Notes: generated by a model not told the origin, from the letters alone. DNA of 64,000 nt from Acidimicrobiales bacterium (GCA_965262315.1 CBDHFJ010000134.1:11534-75533); one strand, 5' to 3'. Counted from the stretch's first letter, positions 28,001 through 37,040 are shown. Numbers and translations: made by a program.

Positions 28001-29626
28001 GTGGCACTGGGGCGACGCAACAAGCGCGACGAGGTCGGAGCCTCGGCCGACGCCGCCGACGACGGCCCCACGCCGCCGTCGACCTCCCTCCCCGTCGCCG
28101 ACGACGGCGGGGACCAGACCGCCGAGCCGTCGGGCCTCCCCGAGGCACCGGAGCCGGCGAGCACATGGAACGCCACCACCGACCAGTCGGTCGAGGCGGT
28201 CCCGGTCTCGCCCACGGAGCCGACAGCCGAGACCCCAGTGGCCGACGGCGCCCTCCCGGTGCCGACCGACAATCACCCCGAGCTCGTCGAGGACAACGAC
28301 GATCTCCTGCCGGTGCGGTTGGAGTCCCCGCTGCTCCCGCCGCACCTCCAGGAGCTCAAGGTCAAGGCGCAGGAAGCGCTGATCGAACGGATGGGCGCCC
28401 GGCTGTACGACCGGACGCTCACCGAGGAGCAGATCGAGTCCTACGTCGTCACCGAGTTGGGTGGCTGGCTGTTCGAGGTCGATGCCCGCATCACCGACGT
28501 CGAACGGGAGCAGCTGACCGCTGAGCTGCTCAACGACGTGCTCCGGCACGGCCCCATCGAACCCTTCCTCGAGGACGACGGTGTCTCCGAGATCATGGTC
28601 AACGGGCTGGCCCACATCTACGTGGAACGCAACGGCAAGCTCGTGCGGACGCAGTCGCAGTTCCTCACCGAGGCTCATCTGCGCCAGGTCATCGAGCGCA
28701 TCGTGTCCAAGGTCGGCCGTCGGATCGACGAGTCGAGCCCCATGGTCGATGCTCGGCTTCCCGACGGATCCCGCGTCAACGCCGTCATCCCACCCCTGGC
28801 GGTCGACGGGCCGAGCCTGACGATCCGCAAGTTCTCCAAGGACGCGCTGGGCGTCGACGACCTGGTGTCGTTCGGCACCCTGTCGCCGATGTCGGTGGAT
28901 TTCCTGTCCGCCTGCGTTCGGGGCCGCATGAACGTGCTGGTCTCGGGCGGCACCGGCACCGGCAAGACGACGCTGTTGAACGTCCTGTCCAACTTCATTC
29001 CCGACGACGAGCGCATCGTGACCCTCGAGGACGCCGTCGAGCTCCAGCTCCGCCAGGAGCATCTGGTGCGCCTGGAGAGTCGCCCGCCCAACGTGGAGGG
29101 CAAGGGCCAGATCACCATCCGCGATCTGGTGCGCAACTCGCTGCGCATGCGCCCCGACCGGGTGATCATCGGCGAGTGCCGCGGTGGCGAGGCGCTGGAC
29201 ATGCTCCAGGCGATGAACACGGGCCACGACGGCTCGCTGTCCACCCTGCACGCCAACGGACCCCGAGACGCCCTCGCCCGCCTCGAGACGCTCTGCCTCA
29301 TGGCCGGCATGGACCTCCCCGTCCGAGCGATCCGGGAACAGATCGCCTCGGCCGTCGACCTGTTGGTCCACGTCTCGCGACTCCGCGACGGCACGCGTCG
29401 CGTCACCCACATCAGCGAAGTGGTCGGCATGGAGAGCGACACGATCACGCTGAGCGACATCTACACGTTCGACTTCGACGCCGGGCTCGACATCGAGGGT
29501 CGCTACGCCGGCCATCTCCGGCCCACCGGTCTCATGCCGATGCTGACCACGAAGTTGCGCGAGCACGGCGAGGACGTCGACATGTCGATGTTCGAACCCG
29601 ACGAGGACATGGTCGGAGGCAACTGA
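28001..29626 (+). CDS. cpaF: CpaF/TadA secretion ATPase with acidic/Pro-rich N-terminal extension
   Basis: GTG 28001 lies one nt after the cpaB stop. Walker A GGTGTGKTTLLN, then RVIIGECRGGEALDMLQAMNTGHDGSLSTLHAN. The first ~110 aa are low-complexity (D/P/T/E-rich). Confidence 0.9.
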   Translation: MALGRRNKRDEVGASADAADDGPTPPSTSLPVADDGGDQTAEPSGLPEAPEPASTWNATTDQSVEAVPVSPTEPTAETPVADGALPVPTDNHPELVEDNDDLLPVRLESPLLPPHLQELKVKAQEALIERMGARLYDRTLTEEQIESYVVTELGGWLFEVDARITDVEREQLTAELLNDVLRHGPIEPFLEDDGVSEIMVNGLAHIYVERNGKLVRTQSQFLTEAHLRQVIERIVSKVGRRIDESSPMVDARLPDGSRVNAVIPPLAVDGPSLTIRKFSKDALGVDDLVSFGTLSPMSVDFLSACVRGRMNVLVSGGTGTGKTTLLNVLSNFIPDDERIVTLEDAVELQLRQEHLVRLESRPPNVEGKGQITIRDLVRNSLRMRPDRVIIGECRGGEALDMLQAMNTGHDGSLSTLHANGPRDALARLETLCLMAGMDLPVRAIREQIASAVDLLVHVSRLRDGTRRVTHISEVVGMESDTITLSDIYTFDFDAGLDIEGRYAGHLRPTGLMPMLTTKLREHGEDVDMSMFEPDEDMVGGN

Positions 29627-31128
29627 TGCATCAATCACGTCAGCGCCGGCGGAGCCTGGCGAAGCCGGCCGTGGTGCTCAGCACCGCCGCCGTGTTCACC
29701 TCGCTGCTGACCGCTCCTGCGTTCGCGCAGGACGTCGCGCAGGAGACGGACCCCGAGCTGTCCGAGCTCCCGGCCGGCCCACCCGAGACCGACACCAGCA
29801 CCGCACCCGAGGACCCCGGTGGCCTCGACTTGAGCGGCGTGGTCGAGACCGACGACGAAGGCAACATCATCTGGAACGTCGAGGCGGACACCGTCGAGGC
29901 CGACGAGGTGGTCGTGGAGCCGACCCCGATCCCCGACGCCGGCCTCACCGGCACCGGCGATGTGGACGCACCACCGACGGACGAGCCCGAAGCCGACAGT
30001 GGCGGTGGCCTGGACGAAGCTCGGGCCGGAACCGGCAACGGCATGCTGCTGGTGTTGGCGATCGGTGGCGGTGTCCTGCTCCTCGCCACGGCGGGCTACT
30101 TCCTCGTGCGCATGCGCAAGCAGCGCCAGGAAGAACTCGACCAGGTCGAAGAGGTCATCGACCCGTTGGCCAACGAGCGCCTCGCCGGCGAGTTCCTCGA
30201 ACCCGAGTACGCAGGTGCCGCCGAGGCCGGAGCCTACGAAGCGGGCGGTGCCGCGTACGCGCAGTACACCGACCCCAGCTACGCGGCGACCAACGCCATG
30301 GCGGCCTCCGAAGCGCCCCAGAACAAGCTCGACCAGATCCGCATGTCCATGGCGGACCTCGCGGACAAGGGTCTCCAGGACTCTGGCCAGGCCCACGTCG
30401 TCGCCAAGAAGCTCGAGTCCGCCGGCTCGCAGATGCGTCCGGGCGAGTGGCTCGTCATGGCGATCGCCGGCACCATCGGAGCGTTCGCCGGCGGCACGTT
30501 CCTGTTCGGCTGGCTGATCGGCGCCTTCGTCGCCGTCGTCACCGCCGGACTGTTCTGGACGTACCTGTCGCTGCGGCAGAGCGCTCGCCAGAAGGCCTTC
30601 GCCGAGGATCTGCCGGAGACCCTCCAGCTCATCGCCGGCAGCCTCCGCGGCGGCACGTCGATGATCCAGGCGATCCAGACCGTGGCCGACGAGGCCGACG
30701 CACCGACCAGCGAAGAGTTCCAGCGCATCATCACCGAGACCCGCCTCGGTCGAGATCTGGCCGTGAGCTTCCGAGACCTCTCCGAGCGCATGGGGAGCAG
30801 CGACTTCGAGTGGGTCGTCACCGCGATCGAGATCCACCGCGAGGTGGGCGGCGATCTGGCCGGGATCCTCGATCGGGTGTCGGACACGATCCGGGCCCGC
30901 AACCGGGTCCGCGGTCAGGTCAAGGCACTCAGCGCCGAGGGCAAGATGTCCGGGATCATCCTGTTCATCCTGCCCCCGGGCATGGTCGGCGCCATCTCAC
31001 TCCTGAATCGCGAGTACTTGAACGAGATGCTCGACACCACCGAGGGCCAGGTGATGTTGATCATCTCCGGTGTCCTCCTGATCATCGGCGGCGCGTGGCT
31101 GAAGCGCCTGAGCCGGTTCGTGTACTGA
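29626..31128 (+). CDS. tadB: TadB-like T2SSF platform protein fused to a ~270-aa N-terminal signal-peptide/acidic/TM module
   Basis: ATGA overlap with the cpaF stop (29624-29628). Residues 1-35, MHQSRQRRRSLAKPAVVLSTAAVFTSLLTAPAFAQD, form a signal peptide. An acidic ~100-aa segment, the TM GMLLVLAIGGGVLLLATAGYFLV and an A/Y/E-rich linker follow. The TadB core then has LPETLQLIAGSLRGGTSMIQAI. Confidence 0.8.
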   Translation: MHQSRQRRRSLAKPAVVLSTAAVFTSLLTAPAFAQDVAQETDPELSELPAGPPETDTSTAPEDPGGLDLSGVVETDDEGNIIWNVEADTVEADEVVVEPTPIPDAGLTGTGDVDAPPTDEPEADSGGGLDEARAGTGNGMLLVLAIGGGVLLLATAGYFLVRMRKQRQEELDQVEEVIDPLANERLAGEFLEPEYAGAAEAGAYEAGGAAYAQYTDPSYAATNAMAASEAPQNKLDQIRMSMADLADKGLQDSGQAHVVAKKLESAGSQMRPGEWLVMAIAGTIGAFAGGTFLFGWLIGAFVAVVTAGLFWTYLSLRQSARQKAFAEDLPETLQLIAGSLRGGTSMIQAIQTVADEADAPTSEEFQRIITETRLGRDLAVSFRDLSERMGSSDFEWVVTAIEIHREVGGDLAGILDRVSDTIRARNRVRGQVKALSAEGKMSGIILFILPPGMVGAISLLNREYLNEMLDTTEGQVMLIISGVLLIIGGAWLKRLSRFVY

Positions 31129-31141
31129 GGAGGCGGCCCAG

Positions 31142-32026
31142 ATGAACCTCATGTTCGGAATTCTCGCCTTCGGCGGCGCCGCGATGGTGCTGGTGTGGGC
31201 GGTGAGCGGTCAGCGCCAGACGGCAGAGGGCCTGACGGAGACCAACGTCCATCAGCGCTCGCTGGACACGTCGGGCCTCCAGCGCCTGATGCTGCCGATC
31301 CTGACCAAGCTCGGTCGCCACATCGCCCGCATGCTGCCCCCCGGGCGGCTCCAAGCGATGCGGCGCCGCATCATCCACGCCGGCAAGCAGATGACGTGGA
31401 ACGTCGAGAAGGCGATGGCCCTCAAGGCGCTCGGCACCATCCTCGGTGTCAGCGGCGCCCTGTTCATCCTCTCGCAGCAGCGCACGAACCTGACGATGCT
31501 GCTCGCGGCGCTGGTGGTGGGCATCGGCTTCTTCGGTGTCGACTTCTACCTGGACAAGGCCGCCGGTGCCCGGCAGCTGGAGATCCAGCAGGCGCTGCCC
31601 GACATCCTCGACCAGATCTCGGTGTGCGTGGAGGCCGGCCTCGGCTTCGACGCTGCGCTCCATCGGGCGTCGATGAGCAACGACAACCCGCTCGGTGACG
31701 AGCTCGGTCGCACACTCCAGGACATCCGCCTGGGCGTGCCACGCACCCAGGCCCTCCACGGTCTGCTCGACCGCACCGACGTCCAGGACCTGCGCCTGTT
31801 CGTCCGGGCGCTCGTCCAGGCCGAGCGCTCCGGCATCCCGATCGCTCGAGTGCTCCAGGTCCAGTCCGACGAGGTCCGCGAGAAGCGGCGTCAGGCTGCC
31901 GAGGAGCGCGCCATGCGCCTGCCCGTGATGCTGATCATGCCGCTGGTGTTGTGCATCCTGCCGTCGCTGTTCACGGTGATCATGGGCCCTGCGGTCCTGC
32001 GCATGATCCGAGAGGGCGCCGTCTGA
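31142..32026 (+). CDS. tadC: TadC-like T2SSF platform protein
   Basis: 294 aa. [32 protein letters not shown] is a typical T2SSF block. TM helices at both ends. Confidence 0.85.
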   Translation: MNLMFGILAFGGAAMVLVWAVSGQRQTAEGLTETNVHQRSLDTSGLQRLMLPILTKLGRHIARMLPPGRLQAMRRRIIHAGKQMTWNVEKAMALKALGTILGVSGALFILSQQRTNLTMLLAALVVGIGFFGVDFYLDKAAGARQLEIQQALPDILDQISVCVEAGLGFDAALHRASMSNDNPLGDELGRTLQDIRLGVPRTQALHGLLDRTDVQDLRLFVRALVQAERSGIPIARVLQVQSDEVREKRRQAAEERAMRLPVMLIMPLVLCILPSLFTVIMGPAVLRMIREGAV

Positions 32027-33039
32027 TGAGGTGGCTCGGCCGCATGGCCGAGCTGACCCATGGCAGGGACGGCCGGCAGACGAATCGAGAGGGTCGCGAT
32101 CAGCGTGGGGCCGGTGCCGTCGAGGCAGGCATCGTGTCGCTGCTCGTCTTCGTGCTGTTCTTCGGCATCATCGAGTTCGGTCTGCTGTGGCGCAACATCA
32201 ACGTCACCGGAGACGCCGCTCGGGAAGGCGCGATCGAGGCATCCCAGCTCACGCGCGTGAACACGTACCACACCGACGCGCTCGACCGGATGCAGCTGCG
32301 GCTCGACGGCATGCCCCGCGGGGACGCGTATCGGGTCGTGATCTTCAAGGCCGACCCCGCCACCGCCGAACCCCTCTCGGGGGAGGCGACCGCGAGCTGT
32401 CTGACCGACTGCTACCGCTGGGACTGGGACTCGGGTGCGCAGACCTGGGTCCTCCAGGGTGGCGCGAGCTGGCCGGCGGCCACCCACGACACCTGCGACT
32501 ACGTGGGCGTCACCATCTACGCCCGCTACGACTGGCTGACCGGCTTCTTCGGTCCCGACCGCGATGTCGTGGAGACGCAGGTCAAGCGGATGGAGCCGGC
32601 ACCGGGCGACGTGAACTGCCCCACCGCCGCGGCGCCGACGGTCGAACCGACCCCCACGCCGCCGCCGACCCCGACACCGACCCCCACCCCCACCCCCACG
32701 CCGACACCGACGCCCACGCCGACACCGACGCCGACACCGACGCCGCCGGCCACCCCCACGCCGACCCCGACCAGCACGCCGGACCCGTCGTGGACACCGA
32801 CGCCGACGCCGACCATCACGCCGACGCCGACACCGACCGCGACCCGCACTCCACGCCCGACGCCGTCTGCCCGCCCGACCCGGCGGCCAACCGTGACACC
32901 CACACCGACCCGGACGCCCACGCCGGGTCCGACGGCAACCCCGCGACCCACAGCGACCCCTCGGCCGACGCCGACGCCGACGCCGACCCGAACACCCACG
33001 CCGACGCCCTTCCCCACCCCACCTCCGGTGGACACGTGA
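32026..33039 (+). CDS. tadE: TadE-like pseudopilin with ~135-aa C-terminal Pro/Thr-rich tail
   Basis: ATGA overlap with the tadC stop. [25 protein letters not shown] is the TadE N-terminal motif. The globular part contains [10 protein letters not shown]. Then (TP)n-type sequence runs to the stop at 33037-33039. Confidence 0.75.
   Translation: MRWLGRMAELTHGRDGRQTNREGRDQRGAGAVEAGIVSLLVFVLFFGIIEFGLLWRNINVTGDAAREGAIEASQLTRVNTYHTDALDRMQLRLDGMPRGDAYRVVIFKADPATAEPLSGEATASCLTDCYRWDWDSGAQTWVLQGGASWPAATHDTCDYVGVTIYARYDWLTGFFGPDRDVVETQVKRMEPAPGDVNCPTAAAPTVEPTPTPPPTPTPTPTPTPTPTPTPTPTPTPTPTPPATPTPTPTSTPDPSWTPTPTPTITPTPTPTATRTPRPTPSARPTRRPTVTPTPTRTPTPGPTATPRPTATPRPTPTPTPTRTPTPTPFPTPPPVDT
32620..33036 (+). 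repeat. imperfect ccg/acc/acg (Pro-Thr coding) low-complexity repeat
   Basis: Reads as [26 protein letters not shown]...[13 protein letters not shown]. It is open in several frames on both strands, which explains several long artefactual ORFs in the track. Confidence 0.9.
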
Positions 33040-33632
33040 TGCGACCGAGACCATCCCTTCGAACCCTCCGGTCCCGTCGACGAGAACACGGCCAGCGGGG
33101 CGCCATCGCCGTCGAGTTCGCCATCGCGAGCTCGCTGCTGGTCATGCTGTTCTTCGGCATCCTGGAGCTCGGCATGTTGCTGCGGACACGTACGGTCATC
33201 ACCGACGCGTCCCGAGAGGCAGCCCGTGTGGCAGCAGCACTCCCCCGCACGCCGGACTGGCAGAACAACGCGCTCGCGGCCGTCAACGGCGTGATCGCCG
33301 TGGAGAACTCCGAACTCATCGACTACGTGGTGATCTACCGGGCCGACCCGAACACCGGGCTCCCGCTGAGCGGCGAGGACATCGAGGCCTGCGTGACCGA
33401 CTGCTGGCGCTACGAGTGGGTCAGCGGCGGTTTCGAACAGAAGCTCGGCGCCGCGTGGTCCCACAACGACCAGTCGGCCTGCGGCGGCCTGTCGGACACC
33501 GACTGGCTCGCGGTGTACGTACGCGGCCACCACGACGGGCAGCTCCCCTTCCTGAACCTGGGTCGGTCCTTCTCCGACACCACGTGGATGCGCCTCGAAC
33601 CCATGGAACTGGGGGTGCAATGTCGACCCTGA
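33039..33632 (+). CDS. tadE: TadE-like pseudopilin (paralogue without tail)
   Basis: ATGA overlap at 33037-33041. RGAIAVEFAIASSLLVMLFFGILELG, then CVTDCWRYEW. 197 aa. Confidence 0.75.
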   Translation: MRPRPSLRTLRSRRREHGQRGAIAVEFAIASSLLVMLFFGILELGMLLRTRTVITDASREAARVAAALPRTPDWQNNALAAVNGVIAVENSELIDYVVIYRADPNTGLPLSGEDIEACVTDCWRYEWVSGGFEQKLGAAWSHNDQSACGGLSDTDWLAVYVRGHHDGQLPFLNLGRSFSDTTWMRLEPMELGVQCRP

Positions 33633-35404
33633 CCATCGCGGTGCGTCGCCGACTCGAGCAGGCCCGGACCCGCCTCGCCGACGACGGCGTCGCCCAGGGT
33701 GACGGCGGCTATGTCATGGTGCTCCTGGCGCTCACGTTCACGCTGCTCTTCGCCTTCGCCGGGTACTCCGTCGACGCCGGCAACTGGAACCTGCACCGCA
33801 ACGAGACCCGCACCGCGGCCGAGGCCGCAGCACTCGGAGGAGTGGCCTTCCTGCCGGACGACCTCGTCAGCGCGCAGGCCACCGCGGAACAGATCGCCCG
33901 CTTCCACGGCTACGACGACAGCGATGCCGACACCACGGTGGCGGTCTCGCTCGGCGCGGGCAACAACCAGCTCGAGGTGACCATCACCAAGGACGTCTCC
34001 AACTACTTCGTCCGCGCGATCGGCATGAACACGACGGCGATCACCGCCTCGGCCACCGCCGAGTTCGAACAGCCGGTGGAGATGGGCAGCCCCGAACACA
34101 TCCTGGGCAACGACCCCGAGAGCGGGTTCTCGCCGGACTACTGGCTGAGCATCGCGGCGCGGAACGTGCGAAAGGAACTCGGCGACCGATTCAACACCCG
34201 GCGGTGCACCAGCGGCGCGACCTACGGCTGCAGCGGCACCTGGAACAGCGGCGACGAGTACGACAACAGCGGCTACAAGTACGCGGTCCGAGTCACCGAC
34301 ACCAGCGTGCCCCTCCGCATCCAGATCTTCGACCCGGCCTGGGTGTGGACGGGCTCGACCTGCAACATCCCGAACTGGCCGACTGCCCCGGAGATCACAC
34401 ATCTCCAGTCGATCGACGACGGTTCGTACCCGGAGATCCCCGTGGGCTGGTACGACGACGCAGCATCCCGGTTCGCCGGCGGCGACACGGCCTGGTGCAG
34501 CGGCGACGACCGACCTGGCTCCAACGGGCCCGCGACCCGTTTCACGGTCCGCCTGCCGGACGACTCGCCCTGGGACGACAACGACAACACGCGGATCAAC
34601 ATCGCGGGCTGTCGACGCGAGACCTTCCCGGCCTACACCCCGACCTCGATCTACGCCGCGCCCACCGAGTCGATCTTCGAACTGCTCGACCCGCTGTCGG
34701 CGTCGACCGACAGCTGGGAGATCGACCTGACCGACGACGACTTCCCGTTCGCCGAGGTGTTCCGCCGCTGGGTGACGATCTGTGAGATCCCCGTCGGCAG
34801 CCCCTTCCTTCGCGAGGGCGACTACATCGTGCAGGTCCAGACCACCGACAACACCGCCGGCCAGAACCGCTTCTCGCTTCGGGCCGGGCCCCCGAGCGGC
34901 GCCAACGGCGTCCTCGACGTGGGGCAGGCCACGTTCTCGCGGGGCCGGCTCCCCATCTACGCCAACACCGGCTCCGCCGACATCCAGTTCTTCCTCGCGC
35001 GAGTCCCCCCGAGCTCGGGCGAACGCATCCTCGAAGTGTCGTTCTTCGACGTCGGCGATGCCGGCGCCGCCGGCATCCTGTCCATCGTTCCACCTCCGGG
35101 GTCGCTGGTCACCGGCGCCTTCACCGACTGCGACTTCACGCTGTCGGGCACGGGTCCGCTGGTCGACAGCAACTGCGCCGTCTCGGGGGTGCTGGACACG
35201 AACGGCTTCGGCGAACAGCTCGTCGAGGCCACGGTGACCATCCCGTCACAGAACGACGCGGTGAACCCGTACCTCTGCAACGTCAACGACCCGAACGACT
35301 GCTGGATCACGGTGCGGGCCCAGTTCGCGGGCGGCCTGACCGACGCCACCACCTGGACCGCCAACCTCATCGGCGACGCCGTCCGCATCATCGACGACGA
35401 CTGA
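33620..35404 (+). CDS. tadG: TadG-like (TadE/G-type N-terminus) large pilus-associated protein
   Basis: ATG 33620 overlaps the previous gene by 13 nt. GDGGYVMVLLALTFTLLFAFAGYSVDAGNWNLHRNETRTAAEAAALGG is a TadE/G-like N-terminal block. It is followed by ~500 aa of beta-rich sequence. Confidence 0.65.
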   Translation: MSTLTIAVRRRLEQARTRLADDGVAQGDGGYVMVLLALTFTLLFAFAGYSVDAGNWNLHRNETRTAAEAAALGGVAFLPDDLVSAQATAEQIARFHGYDDSDADTTVAVSLGAGNNQLEVTITKDVSNYFVRAIGMNTTAITASATAEFEQPVEMGSPEHILGNDPESGFSPDYWLSIAARNVRKELGDRFNTRRCTSGATYGCSGTWNSGDEYDNSGYKYAVRVTDTSVPLRIQIFDPAWVWTGSTCNIPNWPTAPEITHLQSIDDGSYPEIPVGWYDDAASRFAGGDTAWCSGDDRPGSNGPATRFTVRLPDDSPWDDNDNTRINIAGCRRETFPAYTPTSIYAAPTESIFELLDPLSASTDSWEIDLTDDDFPFAEVFRRWVTICEIPVGSPFLREGDYIVQVQTTDNTAGQNRFSLRAGPPSGANGVLDVGQATFSRGRLPIYANTGSADIQFFLARVPPSSGERILEVSFFDVGDAGAAGILSIVPPPGSLVTGAFTDCDFTLSGTGPLVDSNCAVSGVLDTNGFGEQLVEATVTIPSQNDAVNPYLCNVNDPNDCWITVRAQFAGGLTDATTWTANLIGDAVRIIDDD

Positions 35405-35509
35405 GTTCCTCCCGGTGCGGCGGCGGTTCGCAGCACGCTGTCCCGGGACCGCCCCGACACACCCCGGGCCGAACCCCGCCGGCGCCCGTGACAGCACTAG
35501 CGTCATGGC

Positions 35510-36328
35510 ATGGTCGAGGGGCACGCAGAACTCAACTCGGACGGCGAGGCTGCCGAAGATCCAGAGGTGACGAGTCTCACCACCGATCCCACCGTGATGC
35601 CGGGCATGCCCGATGCCGCCACGATCGCCCGATGCGAGCTCACCGTCGTGATGCCCGTCTACAACGAAGAGGCCAGCCTCGGCGCCTGCGGCGCCTCCTG
35701 GACCGACATGCTGGACGGACTCGGCGTCGACTACCGGCTCCTCGTGATCAACGACGGCTCCAAGGACTCGACGGCCGACGTGTTGACCGACCTCGCCCGC
35801 CACGAACGAGTGCTGGGCGTGACCAAGCCGAACGAGGGCCACGGGCCCACGATCCTGCGCGGCTACCGCCTGGGTGTCGCCACCTCCGAGTGGGTCTTCC
35901 AGGTCGACAGCGACGACGAGATCCCCGCCTCGGCGTTCCCTGCCGTGTGGGAAGCACGCTCGGGCGTGGACGCCGTCTTCGGGCGGCGGGTCGGCCGCGA
36001 TCAGCGCGCGGACCGCAAGCTGATCTCGAAGGTGGCGGCGCTCACGGCCCGCGTCCTGCTCCGCGGCCGGGTCACCGACGTGAACGTGCCGTTCCGCCTG
36101 ATGCGGAGCGAGGTCCTGGGCCCGGTGCTGACGTCGTTGCCCGCCGACACCTTCGCCCCGAACGTCGTGATCGCGGGCGCGTTGGGCCGGGACCGGGACC
36201 GCTTCGCCGAGGTCGACGTTCCCCACCAGGACCGCGCCGCCGGTCAGGTGTCCATCGTCGGGTGGGGCGCCATCAAGGCGGCCATCCGGTCGTTCCGCCA
36301 GACGGTCCGTCTCGCTCGAAGCGTCTGA
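35510..36328 (+). CDS. family 2 glycosyltransferase (polyprenol-phosphate sugar synthase-like)
   Basis: 272 aa. LTVVMPVYNEEASL ... LLVINDGSKDSTADVL ... VDSDDE (DxD-like). The start could be a downstream Met. Confidence 0.8.
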   Translation: MVEGHAELNSDGEAAEDPEVTSLTTDPTVMPGMPDAATIARCELTVVMPVYNEEASLGACGASWTDMLDGLGVDYRLLVINDGSKDSTADVLTDLARHERVLGVTKPNEGHGPTILRGYRLGVATSEWVFQVDSDDEIPASAFPAVWEARSGVDAVFGRRVGRDQRADRKLISKVAALTARVLLRGRVTDVNVPFRLMRSEVLGPVLTSLPADTFAPNVVIAGALGRDRDRFAEVDVPHQDRAAGQVSIVGWGAIKAAIRSFRQTVRLARSV

Positions 36329-36348
36329 GTCCCCGAATCCCGCAGCGA

Positions 36349-36364
36349 CCGGACACCTGTCCGG
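36349..36364. promoter_or_regulatory. 16-bp palindrome CCGGACA-CC-TGTCCGG (candidate TetR operator or terminator stem)
   Basis: Perfect 7-bp arms at 36349-36364. Located 21 nt after the GT2 stop and 100 nt before the first TetR start. Confidence 0.25.
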
Positions 36365-36464
36365 AAATCCCGCGCCCGGCAGGACCCTTCCTTCGACACA
36401 CCCATTTCGTAGGGTACGTTCGCTCGATCGCCGTCCGAACGGGCACACGTGGGACGGGGCGAGG

Positions 36465-37040
36465 ATGGAGAGCTTGCGGGAAGACATCCTGGCGGCAGCA
36501 GAAGCGCTGATCGAAGAAGAAGGCGTCGAGGCCTTGTCGGTGCGCGCCCTCGCCGCCCGCACCAACTGGGGGAAGTCCTCGGTCCAGACGATGATCGGCT
36601 CCAAGGACGAGCTCCTCGACGCGGTGGCCGACCGGGTGATGGAGCGCCACATCCAGGCGCTGACCGCGCTCGCCGGCGGCCCCGAGGACACCAGCGATGG
36701 CCGCTTCCGCACCACGGCCGGACTCATCATCGATTCCCCCAACCTGGCAACGGCGATGTTCGGCCGCCGCCGCCCGGACGACCTCACCGGCTGGTCGAAA
36801 CGATGGGTCGGCACCTTCAGCCAGGAGCTGGCCACCGATCTCGACACGAGCGACGAGCGGGCGCTGGCCGAGGCGTTGTATCTGTCCCATCAACAGATCG
36901 TGACGGTGATTCCCACCATCGCCGAGTCGCGTGACGTGGAGTTCGGGGGACGGTTGCTGCGGAGCACGTTCGGGCCCTTCTCCTCACTGGCCAGGGAATT
37001 CGACGCGCTGGGCGCAACGGAGGACCCGCAGCCCGGCTAG
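36465..37040 (+). CDS. TetR family transcriptional regulator (paralogue 1)
   Basis: 191 aa. REDILAAAEALIEEEGVEALSVRALAARTNWGKSSVQTMIGSKDELL is the TetR HTH region. Confidence 0.85.
   Translation: MESLREDILAAAEALIEEEGVEALSVRALAARTNWGKSSVQTMIGSKDELLDAVADRVMERHIQALTALAGGPEDTSDGRFRTTAGLIIDSPNLATAMFGRRRPDDLTGWSKRWVGTFSQELATDLDTSDERALAEALYLSHQQIVTVIPTIAESRDVEFGGRLLRSTFGPFSSLAREFDALGATEDPQPG

Noticed and set aside
29176-29625. N-terminal 150 aa of the 650-aa ORF 29176..31128
   Set aside because: This part overlaps the conserved C-terminus of cpaF in another frame and is Arg/Pro/His-rich. The ATG at 29626, overlapping the cpaF stop, gives a proper signal peptide, so the start was moved there.
27710-29638. 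642-aa minus-strand ORF (and the similar ORFs 26968..28272 and 29635..30837)
   Set aside because: They are antisense to cpaB, cpaF and tadB, which have Walker and T2SSF motifs. The antisense products are low-complexity and motif-free.
32620-33036. Possible CRISPR array or regular tandem repeat
   Set aside because: The repeat unit is only 6-12 nt and imperfect, with no spacer/repeat alternation. It is in frame with and part of a coding sequence (a PT linker).
31891-33632. Arg/Gly-rich ORF 31891..33054 (-), the GVGVGV ORF 32526..33620 (-), and the first 336 aa of ORF 32031..33632 (+)
   Set aside because: All are alternative readings of the Pro/Thr-coding repeat and of tadE-like gene 1. Only the frame with TadE N-terminal motifs and ATGA-coupled starts is coherent.
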